A stretch of DNA of 32,000 nucleotides, from positions 720,001 through 752,000 of the forward strand of contig NZ_LN831039.1 of the NCBI RefSeq assembly GCF_001457595.1, read 5' to 3'. The DNA comes from Mycolicibacterium smegmatis (lineage in GTDB: Bacteria; Actinomycetota; Actinomycetes; Mycobacteriales; Mycobacteriaceae). Below the pieces are notes generated by a model. That model was not told the origin of the DNA. It made no database searches and saw nothing but the letters and a program-made list of their open reading frames with translations. Each line of letters opens with the position of its first letter. Within the stretch, counting starts at the first letter, position 1. The translations under genes were made by a program, and so were the position numbers. Of the stretch, positions 8,519-19,398 are shown one piece after another.

Positions 8519-8558
8519 TTATGCAATGCTAACTTCAGCAAAAGTTAGCCTAGCCATA
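8519..8558 (+). promoter_or_regulatory. two adjacent IdeR iron-box-like sites in the AT-rich eccA3 upstream region
   Basis: Compared with the consensus TWAGGTWAGSCTWACCTWA as I recall it, 8519-8537 (TTATGCAATGCTAACTTCA) matches 14/19 and 8540-8558 (AAAAGTTAGCCTAGCCATA) matches 15/19. Their inner halves form a perfect inverted repeat, GCTAACTT-N6-AAGTTAGC (8528-8549). A TANNNT candidate, TAGCCT (8546-8551), lies inside box 2. Confidence 0.45.
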
Positions 8559-8602
8559 GTTAAGGGAGAGAGACGGGGGCTTAGTCGCTCCTGTGCACGC
8601 AT

Positions 8603-10429
8603 ATGGGAAGTGACACGCTTGCTGCTCCATCTCAAGGAGCGCCCCGGCTCGACCGCGATGTGGTCAGCCGCTTTGCGACATGCTGTCGTGCGCTGGGCCT
8701 GACGGTCAACGACCGGCAACGTCCGGCTGATCTCGCCGCGGCCAGGTCGGGTTTTGCTGGGTTGACCCACATCGCGCACGACCACTGCGATGCGTGGATC
8801 GGGCTGGCCGCCGCGGGCGAGGTGACTCCGGCTGTCGTCGACGCGGTGTGGCGGACAGTGGCCAGCGCCGGATTGTTGCAGCGTGAGATCGGACTCGCCG
8901 CCGGTGAACTCGGCTTCCTCTATGACACCGGGCTGTATCTGCAGTTCCGCGCCACCGAGCACGACGACTTCCAATTGGCTTACGCCGCACGGCTTTGCGC
9001 CGCAGGCAAGCTGGCTGACGCGGACCACCTGGTGGGCGAGGTGCTGTCACGCCGGCCGGGCTGGCTGAACGCCAAATGGTTGCGGGTGGCCATCAACTAC
9101 CGCGCGCAGCGCTGGTCGGACGTGGTGCGGCTGCTGACCCCGGTGGTGACGGACGAGTCGCTGGACGAGATCACCTCGCATGCCGCGCGGATCACCCTGG
9201 GCATCTCCCTGGCCCGGCTCGGAATGTTCGCACCCGCGCTGTCGTATCTGGAGGAGCCGTCCGGTCCGGTCGCGGTGGCGGCCGTCGACGGTGCGTTGGC
9301 CAAGGGCCTCACCCTGCGCGGGCAGGGCGAGGACGACGACGCCAACGACGTGTTGCAGGAACTCTTCGCCGCACATCCGGAGAACGAGCAGGTCGAAGCG
9401 GCACTACTGGATCCCACCTTCGGCCTGCTGACCACCACATCGGCGCGGATCGAGGCCCGGACGAATCCGTGGGACCCCGACTCTGAGCCCACCGAAGAGG
9501 AATTCGTCGACCCGGGCGCCAAGGAACGCAAAGCGCATCTGCTCGTCGAGGCCGAAGCCGAACTGGCGGAGTTCATCGGCCTGGAAGAGGTGAAGTACCA
9601 GGTGGCCCGGCTGAAAAGCTCGGTGGCGATGTCGATCCGGCGCCAGGAGCGCGGACTGACCGTCGCGCAGCGCACCAACCACCTGGTGTTCGCCGGCCCG
9701 CCCGGAACCGGTAAGACGACGATCGCGCGCGTCGTCGCCAAGATCTACTGCGGTCTGGGGCTGCTCAAGAAGGAGACCGTCCGCGAGGTGCACCGCGCCG
9801 ACCTCATCGGCCAGCACATCGGCGAGACCGAAGCCAAGACCAACGCGATCATCGACAGCGCGCTCGACGGCGTGCTGTTCCTCGACGAGGCCTACGCCCT
9901 GGTGTCCACCGGCGCCAAGAACGACTTCGGCCTCGTCGCCATCGACACCCTGCTGGCACGCATGGAGAACGACCGCGACCGGCTCGTCGTGATCGTCGCC
10001 GGGTACCGCAAGGACCTCGACGCATTCCTCGACACCAACGAAGGTCTGCGTTCGCGCTTCACGCGCAGCATCGACTTCCCGTCCTACACCGCACCCGAAC
10101 TCGTCGAGATCGCGGTGCGCATGGCCGAGAAACGCGACAGCGTGTTCGAGAAGGCCGCCCACGACGACATGGAGCGTCTGTTCACGCATCTCGCGCAGGC
10201 CACCACCCCCGACGCCAACGGTGTCGAGCGCCGCAGTCTCGACATCGCGGGTAACGCGCGCTTTGTCCGCAACCTGGTCGAGCGCTCCGAGGAGGAGCGC
10301 GAATACCGGCTCGACCACTCCGACCAAGAAGATTTCACCGACGAGGAGATGATGACGATCACCGCCGGTGACGTTCAGCGATCGGCCGCCCCGCTGCTGC
10401 GTGGCCTCGGACTGTCGGTGCCGGCATGA
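8603..10429 (+). CDS. eccA3: ESX-3 AAA+ ATPase EccA3 (TPR-like N-domain plus CbxX/CfxQ ATPase)
   Basis: 608 aa. Walker A FAGPPGTGKTT, Walker B GVLFLDEAY, CbxX-type LVVIVAGY. Ends in an ATGA overlap with eccB3. Confidence 0.95.
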   Translation: MGSDTLAAPSQGAPRLDRDVVSRFATCCRALGLTVNDRQRPADLAAARSGFAGLTHIAHDHCDAWIGLAAAGEVTPAVVDAVWRTVASAGLLQREIGLAAGELGFLYDTGLYLQFRATEHDDFQLAYAARLCAAGKLADADHLVGEVLSRRPGWLNAKWLRVAINYRAQRWSDVVRLLTPVVTDESLDEITSHAARITLGISLARLGMFAPALSYLEEPSGPVAVAAVDGALAKGLTLRGQGEDDDANDVLQELFAAHPENEQVEAALLDPTFGLLTTTSARIEARTNPWDPDSEPTEEEFVDPGAKERKAHLLVEAEAELAEFIGLEEVKYQVARLKSSVAMSIRRQERGLTVAQRTNHLVFAGPPGTGKTTIARVVAKIYCGLGLLKKETVREVHRADLIGQHIGETEAKTNAIIDSALDGVLFLDEAYALVSTGAKNDFGLVAIDTLLARMENDRDRLVVIVAGYRKDLDAFLDTNEGLRSRFTRSIDFPSYTAPELVEIAVRMAEKRDSVFEKAAHDDMERLFTHLAQATTPDANGVERRSLDIAGNARFVRNLVERSEEEREYRLDHSDQEDFTDEEMMTITAGDVQRSAAPLLRGLGLSVPA

Positions 10430-11982
10430 CCGGCCCCGTCAACCCCGACGACCGGCGCTCGTTCAGCTCGCGCACGCCGGTCAACGAGAACCCCGACGGC
10501 GTGCAGTACCGCCGCGGTTTCGTCACGCGACACCAGGTGAGCGGCTGGCGATTCGTCATGCGCCGCATCGCTTCCGGCGTCGCGCTGCACGACACCCGCA
10601 TGCTCGTCGACCCGTTGCGCACGCAGAGCCGCGCCGTGCTCACCGGTGCGCTGATCCTCGTCACGGGCCTGGTCGGCTGCTTCATCTTCTCGCTGTTCCG
10701 TCCGGGCGGCGTGCCGGGCAACGACGCGATCCTCGCCGACCGGTCGACCTCTGCGCTGTACGTGCGGGTCGGTGAACAACTGCACCCGGTGCTCAACCTG
10801 ACCTCAGCACGCCTGATCTCCGGATCACCGGACAACCCGACGATGGTCAAGACCTCCGAGATCGACAAGTTCCCGCGCGGAAACCTGCTCGGCATCCCCG
10901 GCGCCCCGGAACGCATGGTGCAGAACGCCGCCACCGACGCGGAGTGGACCGTGTGCGACGCCGTCGGCGGCGCCAACCCCGGCGTGACAGTGATCGCCGG
11001 CCCGCTCGGCGCCGACGGGGAGCGTGCCGCCCCGCTGCCACCCGACCACGCGGTGCTCGTGCACAGCGACGCCGAACCCAACCCCGGTGACTGGCTGTTG
11101 TGGGACGGCAAGCGCAGCCCGATCGACCTGGCCGACCGCGCCGTGACCGACGCGCTGGGCCTCAGCGGGCAGGCCCTGGTGCCGAGGCCCATCGCAGCCG
11201 GGCTGTTCAACGCGGTTCCCGCGGCACCCGCGCTGACCGCGCCGGTGATCCCCGACGCCGGTGCCGCACCGCAATTCGAGCTCTCGCTGCCCGTGCCCGT
11301 CGGCGCGGTCGTGGTGGCCTACGACGCCGACAACACCGCGCGGTACTACGCCGTGTTGTCCGATGGACTGCAGCCCATCTCGCCCGTGCTCGCGGCGATC
11401 CTGCGCAACACCGACTCCCACGGTTTCGCGCAGCCGCCGCGACTGGGGCCGGACGAGGTGGCCCGTACGCCGATGTCACGCGCCCTGGACACCTCGGCCT
11501 ATCCGGACAACCCCGTGACCCTCGTCGAGGCATCGGCCGATCCGGTGACGTGCGCGCACTGGACGAAACCGTCTGACGCCGCGGAGAGTTCGCTGTCGGT
11601 GCTCTCCGGTGCGGTGCTGCCGCTGCCGGAAGGCCTGCACACCGTGGACCTGGTCGGTGCGGGCGCGGGCGGTGCGGCCAACCGCGTCGCGCTGACGCCT
11701 GGCACCGGATACTTCGTCCAGACGGTCGGAGCCGAACCCGGCTCGCCCACCGCGGGATCGATGTTCTGGGTCAGCGATACGGGCGTGCGCTACGGGATCG
11801 ACACGGCCGGGGATGACAAAGTGGTTGCCGCACTGGGACTTTCCGCGCCGCCGCTGCCGGTGCCGTGGTCGGTGCTGTCGCAGTTCGCGGCCGGACCCGC
11901 CCTGTCGCGTGGCGATGCGCTCGTCGCGCATGACGCCGTGTCGACCAACCCGAACTCTGCGCGTATGGAGGCCTCCCGATGA
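10426..11982 (+). CDS. eccB3: ESX-3 membrane component EccB3
   Basis: 518 aa. [34 protein letters not shown] followed by a single TM segment ([20 protein letters not shown]) and a large extracytoplasmic domain. ATGA overlaps at both ends. Confidence 0.93.
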   Translation: MTGPVNPDDRRSFSSRTPVNENPDGVQYRRGFVTRHQVSGWRFVMRRIASGVALHDTRMLVDPLRTQSRAVLTGALILVTGLVGCFIFSLFRPGGVPGNDAILADRSTSALYVRVGEQLHPVLNLTSARLISGSPDNPTMVKTSEIDKFPRGNLLGIPGAPERMVQNAATDAEWTVCDAVGGANPGVTVIAGPLGADGERAAPLPPDHAVLVHSDAEPNPGDWLLWDGKRSPIDLADRAVTDALGLSGQALVPRPIAAGLFNAVPAAPALTAPVIPDAGAAPQFELSLPVPVGAVVVAYDADNTARYYAVLSDGLQPISPVLAAILRNTDSHGFAQPPRLGPDEVARTPMSRALDTSAYPDNPVTLVEASADPVTCAHWTKPSDAAESSLSVLSGAVLPLPEGLHTVDLVGAGAGGAANRVALTPGTGYFVQTVGAEPGSPTAGSMFWVSDTGVRYGIDTAGDDKVVAALGLSAPPLPVPWSVLSQFAAGPALSRGDALVAHDAVSTNPNSARMEASR

Positions 11983-14900
11983 GCCGGCTCATCTTCGAGC
12001 ACCAGCGTCGGCTGACGCCGCCCGCCACCCGCAAGGGCACCATCACGATCGAACCGCCACCGCAGTTGCCGCGCGTGGTGCCACCGTCGCTGCTGCGCCG
12101 GGTGCTGCCGTTTCTGATCGTGATCCTGATCGTGGGCATGATCGTGGCGCTGTTCGCCACCGGTATGCGGCTGATCTCGCCGACCATGCTGTTCTTCCCG
12201 TTCGTCCTGCTGCTGGCCGCGACCGCGCTCTACCGCGGCGGCGACAACAAGATGCGCACCGAGGAGGTCGACGCCGAACGCGCCGACTACCTGCGGTACC
12301 TGTCGGTGGTGCGCGACAACGTGCGCGCGCACGCCGCCGAGCAGCGCGCCGCGCTCGAGTGGTCGCACCCCGAACCCGAAGTGCTGGTGACGATTCCCGG
12401 CACGCGCAGGCAGTGGGAGCGCGACCCGCGCGACCGTGACTTCCTGGTGCTGCGGGCCGGCAGGCACGACGTGCCGCTGGACGCCGCGCTGAAGGTCAAG
12501 GACACCGCCGACGAGATCGACCTCGAGCCCGTGGCGCACAGTGCGTTGCGCGGCCTGCTCGACGTACAGCGCACCGTGCGCGACGCACCCACGGGCCTCG
12601 ACGTCGCCAAGCTGGCCCGCATCACCGTGATCGGCGAGGCCGACGAGGTCCGCGCCGCGATCCGGGCCTGGATCGCGCAGGCCGTCACGTGGCACGACCC
12701 CACCATGCTCGGGGTGGCGCTCGCCGCGCCCGATCTGGAGTCCGGTGACTGGTCGTGGTTGAAATGGCTTCCGCACGTAGATATCCCGAACGAGGCCGAC
12801 GGTGTCGGGCCGGCGCGGTACCTGACCACGTCCACAGCCGAACTGCGTGAGCGGCTGGCTCCGGCGCTGGCCGACCGGCCGCTGTTCCCGGCCGAGTCCG
12901 GTGCGGCGCTCAAGCATCTGCTGGTGGTGCTCGACGACCCCGATGCCGATCCCGACGACATCGCCCGCAAGCCTGGGCTGACCGGTGTCACCGTCATCCA
13001 CCGCGCCACGGAACTGCCCAACCGCGAGCAGTACCCCGATCCCGAGCGCCCCATCCTGCGCGTCGTCGACGGCCGGATCGAGCGCTGGCAGGTGGGTGGC
13101 TGGCAGCCCTGTGTCGATGTGGCCGACACGATGTCGGCGGCCGAGGCCGCGCACATCGCGCGGCGGCTGTCGCGGTGGGACTCCAATCCGGGATACATCC
13201 GCTCCACCTCGACCGGCGGTGCGACGTTCACGACGCTGCTCGGCATCCCCGACGCCTCGGCGCTCGACGTGGCGAGCCTGTGGGCGCCCCGGCCGCGCGA
13301 CGAGGAACTGCGCGTGCCGATCGGCGTCACCTCGACCGGTGAGCCGCTGTACTTCGACCTCAAGGACGAGGCCGAGGGCGGTATGGGCCCGCACGGGCTG
13401 ATGATCGGTATGACGGGTTCGGGCAAGTCACAAACCCTGATGTCGATCCTGTTGTCGCTGTTGACCACCCATCCCGCCGATCGCCTCATCGTGATCTACG
13501 CGGACTTCAAGGGTGAGGCCGGAGCCGACATCTTCCGCCACTTCCCGCAGGTCGTGGCGGTCATCTCCAACATGGCCGAGAAGCGGTCGCTGGCCGACAG
13601 GTTCGCCGACACGCTGCGCGGTGAGGTGGCCCGGCGCGAGCAGATCCTCAAAGAGGCCGGGCGCAGGGTGCAGGGCAGCGCGTTCAACTCGGTCGCCGAG
13701 TACGAGAGCGCGATCGCCGCAGGCCATGACCTGCCGCCCATGCCCACACTGTTCGTGGTCGCCGACGAGTTCACGCTCATGCTCGCCGAACATCCCGAGT
13801 ACGCCGACCTGTTCGATTACGTTGCGCGCAAGGGCCGCTCGTTCCGGATCCACCTGCTGTTCGCGTCGCAGACGCTGGACGTGGGCCGTATCAAGGACAT
13901 CGACAAGAACACCTCGTACCGCATCGGTCTCAAGGTGGCCAGCCCGAGCATCTCGCGGCAGATCATCGGTGTCGAGGACGCCTACCACATCGAGTCCGGC
14001 CGCGAACACAAAGGCGAGGGCTTCTTGGTACCAGCGCCCGGTGCGGTGCCGATCAAGTTCCGCAGCACCTACGTCGACGGCATCTACGATCCGCCACGCG
14101 CCGAGAAGTCGATTGTGGTGCACGCACTTCCGCAGCCGCAGGTGTTCACGGCGGGACGCGTCGAACCCGAACCCGACACCGTGATCACCACGGGCGACGT
14201 CGAGGTGCACACCGCGCCGCCGCGCAAGTTGATCGCCACCATCGGCGACCAACTGGCGGCCTACGGACCCAAGGCCCCCCAGCTGTGGCTGCCGCCGCTG
14301 GACGAGCCGAGCGCACTGGCCGACGTGCTTGCCGGTGCCGACGTCGAGCCGGGGCAGCTGCGCTGGCCGCTGGGCGAGATCGACAAGCCGTTCGAGATGC
14401 GGCGCGACGTGCTGGTGTACGACGCGCACACCGCGGCCGCCAACGTGCTCATCCACGGCGGCCCGCGGTCAGGCAAGTCCACGGCATTGCAGACGTTCGT
14501 CCTGAGCGCCGCGGCGCTGCACTCGCCGCGCGAGATCACCTTCTACTGCCTCGATTACGGCGGCGGGAGGCTCGCCGACCTCGCGGACCTGGCACACGTC
14601 GGCAGCGTCGCGACCCCGCTGGAGCCCGAGCGTATCCGCCGCACGTTCGGCGAGCTGGAGCAGTTGCTGAGGGCGCGTCAGCGCCAGGGCGCGGTCAACC
14701 GCACGGGCTCGTACACGGACGGCTACGGCGAAGTGTTCCTGGTGATCGACAACCTGTACGCGTTCAGCCGCGACAACACCGACACCTTCAACACCCGCAA
14801 CCCGTTGCTGGCCAAGGTCACCGAGCTGGCCAACAGCGGCCTGGCCTACGGCATCCACGTCGTCATCACCACGCCGAACTGGCTGGAGGTGCCGCTGGCG

Positions 14901-15956
14901 ATGCGCGACGGCCTCGGTCTGCGTCTCGAGCTCAAACTGCACGACTCGCACGACAGCATCGTGCGCGTGGCCGGTGCCCTGCGCAGGCCTGCAGATTCGG
15001 TGCCGGCCGATCAGCCGGGCCGCGGCCTGACCATGGCCGCCGAACACTTCCTGTTCGCCGAACCGGCGCTGAGCGACATCGCGGTCATCAACGCGCGGTA
15101 CCCGGGCGTCAGCGCACCGCCCGTGCGCCTGCTGCCCACAGACCTGTCGCCCGACGCACTGGCGCCGCTGTACCCGGCGCCGGAGACCGTGGTCATCGGT
15201 CAGCGCGAAGAGGATCTGGCGCCGGTGGCCGTCGACTTCGCGAACCACCCGCTGCTCATGGTGTTCGGTGACTCGAAGTCGGGCAAGACGACGCTGCTGC
15301 GCCACATCATCCGCACGGTGCGGGAGAACTCGACACCGGACCAGGTCGCGTTCACGGTGATCGACCGCAGGCTGCATCTGGTCGACGAACCGCTCTTCCC
15401 GGACAACGAGTACACCGCGAACATCGACCGTGTGCTGCCCGCGATGCTGGGGCTGTCGGCTCTCATCGAGAAGCGGCGCCCACCTGCTGGATTGTCCGCT
15501 CAAGAGCTCAGCCGGTGGACCTACACGGGCCACACGCACTACCTGATCATCGACGACGTGGACCAGATCCCCGATACGCCCGCGGTGAGCGGACCGTTCG
15601 TGGGGCAGCGCCCGTGGACGAACATCGTCGGATTGCTCGCCGAGGCAGCCGATCTCGGCCTGCGCGTGATCGTCACCGCACGTGCCACCGGCTCTGCCCA
15701 CGCGGTGATGACCGCACCGCTGTTGCGTCGCCTCAACGATCTGCAGGCGACCACGCTGATGCTGTCGGGCAATCCCACCGACAGCGGCAAGATCCGCGGC
15801 CACCGGTTCGCCCGGTTCCCGGCCGGCCGTGGCCTGCTGCTGACCGACACCGACACCCCCGACCACATCCAGTTGGTCAACCCGCTCGGCGACGCGGCCC
15901 TGAGCGGAAACATCGGGAACAACGGGAATCACAACCGAGGAGGGGAATACCGATGA
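11979..15956 (+). CDS. eccC3: ESX-3 FtsK/SpoIIIE-family motor ATPase EccC3
   Basis: 1325 aa. Two N-terminal TM segments and three P-loop domains ([24 protein letters not shown]). ATGA overlap with the PE gene. Confidence 0.96.
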   Translation: MSRLIFEHQRRLTPPATRKGTITIEPPPQLPRVVPPSLLRRVLPFLIVILIVGMIVALFATGMRLISPTMLFFPFVLLLAATALYRGGDNKMRTEEVDAERADYLRYLSVVRDNVRAHAAEQRAALEWSHPEPEVLVTIPGTRRQWERDPRDRDFLVLRAGRHDVPLDAALKVKDTADEIDLEPVAHSALRGLLDVQRTVRDAPTGLDVAKLARITVIGEADEVRAAIRAWIAQAVTWHDPTMLGVALAAPDLESGDWSWLKWLPHVDIPNEADGVGPARYLTTSTAELRERLAPALADRPLFPAESGAALKHLLVVLDDPDADPDDIARKPGLTGVTVIHRATELPNREQYPDPERPILRVVDGRIERWQVGGWQPCVDVADTMSAAEAAHIARRLSRWDSNPGYIRSTSTGGATFTTLLGIPDASALDVASLWAPRPRDEELRVPIGVTSTGEPLYFDLKDEAEGGMGPHGLMIGMTGSGKSQTLMSILLSLLTTHPADRLIVIYADFKGEAGADIFRHFPQVVAVISNMAEKRSLADRFADTLRGEVARREQILKEAGRRVQGSAFNSVAEYESAIAAGHDLPPMPTLFVVADEFTLMLAEHPEYADLFDYVARKGRSFRIHLLFASQTLDVGRIKDIDKNTSYRIGLKVASPSISRQIIGVEDAYHIESGREHKGEGFLVPAPGAVPIKFRSTYVDGIYDPPRAEKSIVVHALPQPQVFTAGRVEPEPDTVITTGDVEVHTAPPRKLIATIGDQLAAYGPKAPQLWLPPLDEPSALADVLAGADVEPGQLRWPLGEIDKPFEMRRDVLVYDAHTAAANVLIHGGPRSGKSTALQTFVLSAAALHSPREITFYCLDYGGGRLADLADLAHVGSVATPLEPERIRRTFGELEQLLRARQRQGAVNRTGSYTDGYGEVFLVIDNLYAFSRDNTDTFNTRNPLLAKVTELANSGLAYGIHVVITTPNWLEVPLAMRDGLGLRLELKLHDSHDSIVRVAGALRRPADSVPADQPGRGLTMAAEHFLFAEPALSDIAVINARYPGVSAPPVRLLPTDLSPDALAPLYPAPETVVIGQREEDLAPVAVDFANHPLLMVFGDSKSGKTTLLRHIIRTVRENSTPDQVAFTVIDRRLHLVDEPLFPDNEYTANIDRVLPAMLGLSALIEKRRPPAGLSAQELSRWTYTGHTHYLIIDDVDQIPDTPAVSGPFVGQRPWTNIVGLLAEAADLGLRVIVTARATGSAHAVMTAPLLRRLNDLQATTLMLSGNPTDSGKIRGHRFARFPAGRGLLLTDTDTPDHIQLVNPLGDAALSGNIGNNGNHNRGGEYR

Positions 15957-16264
15957 CACTGCGCGTAGTTCCGGAAGGTCTCACGGCGGCCAGTTCGGCC
16001 GTCGAGGCGCTGACCGCGCGTCTGGCGGCCGCACACGCCGCTGCCGCCCCGATGATCTCGACCGTTCTCCCGCCTGCGGCCGACGCGGTGTCCCTGCAGA
16101 CCGCGGCCGGCTTCAGCGCCAACGGCGCACAGCAGTCGGCGGTCGCCGCCCAGGGTGTCGAGGAGCTCGGCCGGTCCGGTGTCGGAGTGGGCGAGTCCGG
16201 TGTCAGCTACGCGACCGGTGACGCCCAGGCGGCGGCGTCGTACCTGACGGCCCGCGGCCTCTGA
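15953..16264 (+). CDS. pe5: PE-family protein (PE5-like ESX-3 substrate)
   Basis: 103 aa. [10 protein letters not shown] (Pro-Glu at residues 7-8), an Ala-rich helical hairpin, and a YxxxD secretion motif YATGD at 16208-16222. The ATG at 15953 lies within ATGA at the eccC3 stop. Confidence 0.88.
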   Translation: MTLRVVPEGLTAASSAVEALTARLAAAHAAAAPMISTVLPPAADAVSLQTAAGFSANGAQQSAVAAQGVEELGRSGVGVGESGVSYATGDAQAAASYLTARGL

Positions 16265-16265
16265 C

Positions 16266-17837
16266 ATGACGGCCCCTATCTGGATGGCTCTGCCGCCCGA
16301 GGTGCACTCGTCGCTGCTGTCCAGCGGCCCAGGCCCCGGGTCGCTGCTGGCCGCCGCGGGGGCGTGGCAGTCGCTCAGCGCCGAATACGCCGCGGCGGCA
16401 GCCGAACTCACGAGTGTGCTGAGCGCGGTGCAGGCCGGCTCGTGGGAAGGTCCGAGTTCCGAGCAGTATGTCGCGGCCCACGCGCCGTATCTGCAGTGGC
16501 TCGCGCAGCAGAGCGCCAACAGCGCGGCCGCGGCCGTCCAGCACGAGACCGCGGCCGCGGCGTACTCCACGGCACTGGCCACGATGCCGACCATGGCCGA
16601 ACTGGCGCTCAACCACACCATGCACGGTGTGCTCGTGGCCACGAACTTCTTCGGGATCAACACGATCCCGATCGCGCTCAACGAGGCCGACTACGTGCGC
16701 ATGTGGATCCAGGCCGCCACCACCATGAGCACCTATCAGGCGGTCTCGGGCGCTGCGGTGGCCGCGGCGCCGGTGAGCGCACCGGCGCCGTTCCTGCTCA
16801 AACCGGGTGTCGGCGAGGCCGGTTCGGCCTCGGCGAGTGTGCAGCAGATGTCGGCCCAGGCCACGGCCGCCGAATCAGGCTCGAGCCTCGACCTTTCCAG
16901 CATCATCTCCGACCTGCTGAACCAGTACCTGCAGGGCGTGCCCGGGGGCCAGGCGATCCTCGACTTCCTCAAGGACCCACTGGGCAACCTGGGCCGGCTG
17001 CTGACGGACTTCATGACGAATCCGGCCGGTGCCCTGGCGACATGGTGGCCGTTCCTGTTCGGCGTGGCCTACCAGGTGTTCTTCAACCTGGTCGGCTGGC
17101 CGACGTGGGGCATGATCTTCGCGTCGCCGTTCCTGATCCCGGCGCTGGCCGCGCTGGGCATCACCGGCCTGGTCCTGCTCATCGACCACGTGCTGAACAA
17201 CCCGGTCGATGTGCCCGCCGAGGATGAGGCGCCGCAGGAGGTGGCAGCCGCGCCTCGCACGGATCAGCCGTTGGCAGTGGGCATCTCACCCGCGGGCGTG
17301 CCCGGGTCCGCCGCGACCGCCGCGGCCCCGGCTCCTGCGCCTGCAGGCACCACGGTGGCCGCCCCGGCGCCGGCCGCCGCGACGTTCGTGCCGTACGCGG
17401 TGGCCAACCGTGATCCCGGTGAGGGCTTCACGCCGACGTTGGGGAACAAATCGCAGGTCGCCGCGCCCGCATCGGGCGTCCCGGCCGCGGCCTCCGGCGT
17501 GGCGGCGTCCCTCGCCTCGCGGCGAAAGCGCCGGCGCAAGAAGGGCGCCCAGATCGAGGAACGCGGCTACGCCGACGCCTACATGGATTACGAGGAGCCG
17601 GACGAGGACCCGGCGCCCCAGCCGGAGCCCCGCGTGCGCGCCTCCGAACGTGGCTCGGATGCAATGGGATTCACCGGGACGGTGACCAGACACGACGTCA
17701 CCGCCGCCGGGCTGACCACGCTGACCGGCGACACCTTCGACGACCGGCCGGTCACCCCCATGCTGCCCGGCACGTGGGACGGCGACGAGAATCCGGCGCC
17801 GAGCCCCGATGATCCGGAAGGGGGTCCGCGCCGCTGA
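16266..17837 (+). CDS. ppe4: PPE-family protein (PPE4-like ESX-3 substrate)
   Basis: 523 aa. [18 protein letters not shown] (PPE at residues 10-12) and a conserved ~180-aa PPE domain, followed by a hydrophobic hairpin, an Ala/Pro-rich linker and a polybasic tract. It starts 1 nt after the PE stop. Confidence 0.9.
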   Translation: MTAPIWMALPPEVHSSLLSSGPGPGSLLAAAGAWQSLSAEYAAAAAELTSVLSAVQAGSWEGPSSEQYVAAHAPYLQWLAQQSANSAAAAVQHETAAAAYSTALATMPTMAELALNHTMHGVLVATNFFGINTIPIALNEADYVRMWIQAATTMSTYQAVSGAAVAAAPVSAPAPFLLKPGVGEAGSASASVQQMSAQATAAESGSSLDLSSIISDLLNQYLQGVPGGQAILDFLKDPLGNLGRLLTDFMTNPAGALATWWPFLFGVAYQVFFNLVGWPTWGMIFASPFLIPALAALGITGLVLLIDHVLNNPVDVPAEDEAPQEVAAAPRTDQPLAVGISPAGVPGSAATAAAPAPAPAGTTVAAPAPAAATFVPYAVANRDPGEGFTPTLGNKSQVAAPASGVPAAASGVAASLASRRKRRRKKGAQIEERGYADAYMDYEEPDEDPAPQPEPRVRASERGSDAMGFTGTVTRHDVTAAGLTTLTGDTFDDRPVTPMLPGTWDGDENPAPSPDDPEGGPRR

Positions 17838-17886
17838 CCAGACCGTTTAGCAGTTCCGGAACCACCACCTTCGAAAGGAAACAGTC

Positions 17887-18180
17887 ATGAGTCTTCTCGA
17901 CGCTCACATCCCCCAGCTGATCGCGTCCGAGGCCAACTTCGGCGCCAAGGCCGCCCTGATGCGCAGCACCATCGCCCAGGCCGAGCAGGCCGCGATGAGT
18001 TCGCAGGCCTTCCACATGGGTGAGGCCTCCGCGGCCTTCCAGGCCGCGCATGCCCGTTTCGTCGAGGTCTCGGCCAAGGTCAATGCGCTGCTCGACATCG
18101 CGCAGCTCAACATCGGCGACGCGGCCTCGAGCTACGTCGCGCAGGACGCCGCCGCGGCCAGCACCTACACCGGTATCTGA
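17887..18180 (+). CDS. esxG: WXG100-family protein EsxG
   Basis: 97 aa helical hairpin with HMG in place of WXG, as in EsxG-type proteins. GAAAGGAAAC ribosome-binding site upstream. Paired with esxH. Confidence 0.93.
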   Translation: MSLLDAHIPQLIASEANFGAKAALMRSTIAQAEQAAMSSQAFHMGEASAAFQAAHARFVEVSAKVNALLDIAQLNIGDAASSYVAQDAAAASTYTGI

Positions 18181-18214
18181 TCACCCCGTCTTCTTCACCG
18201 AACCAGGAGTTCTC

Positions 18215-18502
18215 ATGTCCCAGATCATGTACAACTACCCGGCGATGCTCGCGCACGCCGCGGAGATGAACACCTACTCCGGTGCGCTGCACGCCGTCGG
18301 CGCCGACATCGCCGCCGAGCAGCACGCGCTGGCGAGCGCCTGGCAGGGCGACACCGGTATGACCTACCAGGCGTGGCAGGCCCAGTGGAACCAGGCCATG
18401 GAGGAACTCGTGCGTGCCTACCGCGCGATGGCCACCACGCACGAGCAGAACACCATGGCGATGAGCGCGCGCGACCAGGCCGAAGGCGCCAAGTGGGGAT
18501 GA
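18215..18502 (+). CDS. esxH: WXG100-family protein EsxH
   Basis: 95 aa. [15 protein letters not shown] motif [13 protein letters not shown] ribosome-binding site at 18205-18209. The ORF-track start at 18020 overlaps esxG and is rejected. Confidence 0.93.
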   Translation: MSQIMYNYPAMLAHAAEMNTYSGALHAVGADIAAEQHALASAWQGDTGMTYQAWQAQWNQAMEELVRAYRAMATTHEQNTMAMSARDQAEGAKWG

Positions 18503-18514
18503 TGCCGGATCACC

Positions 18515-19396
18515 GTGGGGCCTAACGCTGTTGAGCTGACCACCGACCAGGCCTGGTGCCTCGCCGATGTCCTGGGCGCCGGGTCGTACCCGTGGGTGCT
18601 GGCGATCACGCCGCCGTACAGCGATCACTCGCAGCGGTCGGCGTTCCTCGCAGCGCAGTCCGCGGAACTGACCCGGATGGGCGTCGTCAACTCTGCCGGT
18701 GCGGTCGATCCCCGGGTCGCGCAGTGGATCACGACGGTCTGCCGTGCGACACAGTGGCTCGATCTGCGGTTCGTGTCGGGACCGGGTGATCTGTTGCGCG
18801 GCATGGTCGCCCGCCGGTCGGAAGAAACCGTCGTCGCGTTGCGCAACGCGCAGTTGGTCACCTTCACCGCGATGGACATCGGCCACCAGCACGCACTGGT
18901 GCCGGTGCTCACAGCGGGGCTGTCAGGACGGAAACCTGCCCGGTTCGACGACTTCGCACTGCCCGCCGCCGCGGGTGCGCGGGCCGACGAGCAGATCCGC
19001 AACGGAGCCCCACTGGCCGAGGTGCTGGAGTTCCTCGGGGTTCCGCCCTCGGCGCGGCCACTGGTCGAGTCGGTGTTCGACGGTCGGCGCACCTACGTCG
19101 AGATCGTCGCGGGCGAGCACCGCGACGGCCACCGCGTCACCACCGAAGTGGGGGTCAGCATCGTCGACACCGCACAGGGCCGGATACTGGTTCACCCGAC
19201 GAAAGCCTTCGACGGAGAGTGGATCTCGACCTTCACGCCCGGCAGCGCCGACGCGATCGCCATGGCGGTCGAGCGGCTGACCGCATCCCTCCCCAGCGGA
19301 TCCTGGTTCCCCGACCAGCCGCTCACCCGCGACTTCGACGAAGACGCGGCAACCCACCGAGAACCAGTTCTCCAGAGAAGAACCCAGAAAGCATAG
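18515..19396 (+). CDS. espG3: ESX-3 PE/PPE chaperone EspG3
   Basis: 293 aa with a GTG start. The conserved position between esxH and eccD3 and the N-terminus [30 protein letters not shown] fit the EspG family. No enzymatic motifs. Confidence 0.85.
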   Translation: MGPNAVELTTDQAWCLADVLGAGSYPWVLAITPPYSDHSQRSAFLAAQSAELTRMGVVNSAGAVDPRVAQWITTVCRATQWLDLRFVSGPGDLLRGMVARRSEETVVALRNAQLVTFTAMDIGHQHALVPVLTAGLSGRKPARFDDFALPAAAGARADEQIRNGAPLAEVLEFLGVPPSARPLVESVFDGRRTYVEIVAGEHRDGHRVTTEVGVSIVDTAQGRILVHPTKAFDGEWISTFTPGSADAIAMAVERLTASLPSGSWFPDQPLTRDFDEDAATHREPVLQRRTQKA

Positions 19397-19398
19397 GA

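Noticed and set aside
8474-8602. Search for a Zur-type AT-rich palindrome upstream of eccA3
   Set aside because: I found only the iron-box-like sites and no TGAAAAT-N-ATTTTCA-like element. This cannot be excluded without a matrix scan.
9404-10327. 307-aa minus-strand ORF antisense to the eccA3 ATPase domain
   Set aside because: It has no motifs and sits opposite a gene with clear Walker A/B motifs. It is a GC-driven open frame.
11790-13394. 534-aa minus-strand ORF antisense to eccC3
   Set aside because: It is extremely Arg/Gly/Pro/His-rich and lies entirely inside a gene with unambiguous FtsK-type motifs. This is the usual stop-codon-poor antisense frame of a GC-rich genome.
14469-15959. 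496-aa minus-strand ORF antisense to the 3' third of eccC3
   Set aside because: It shows the same compositional artefact and has no recognisable motif. The opposite strand encodes the third EccC ATPase domain.
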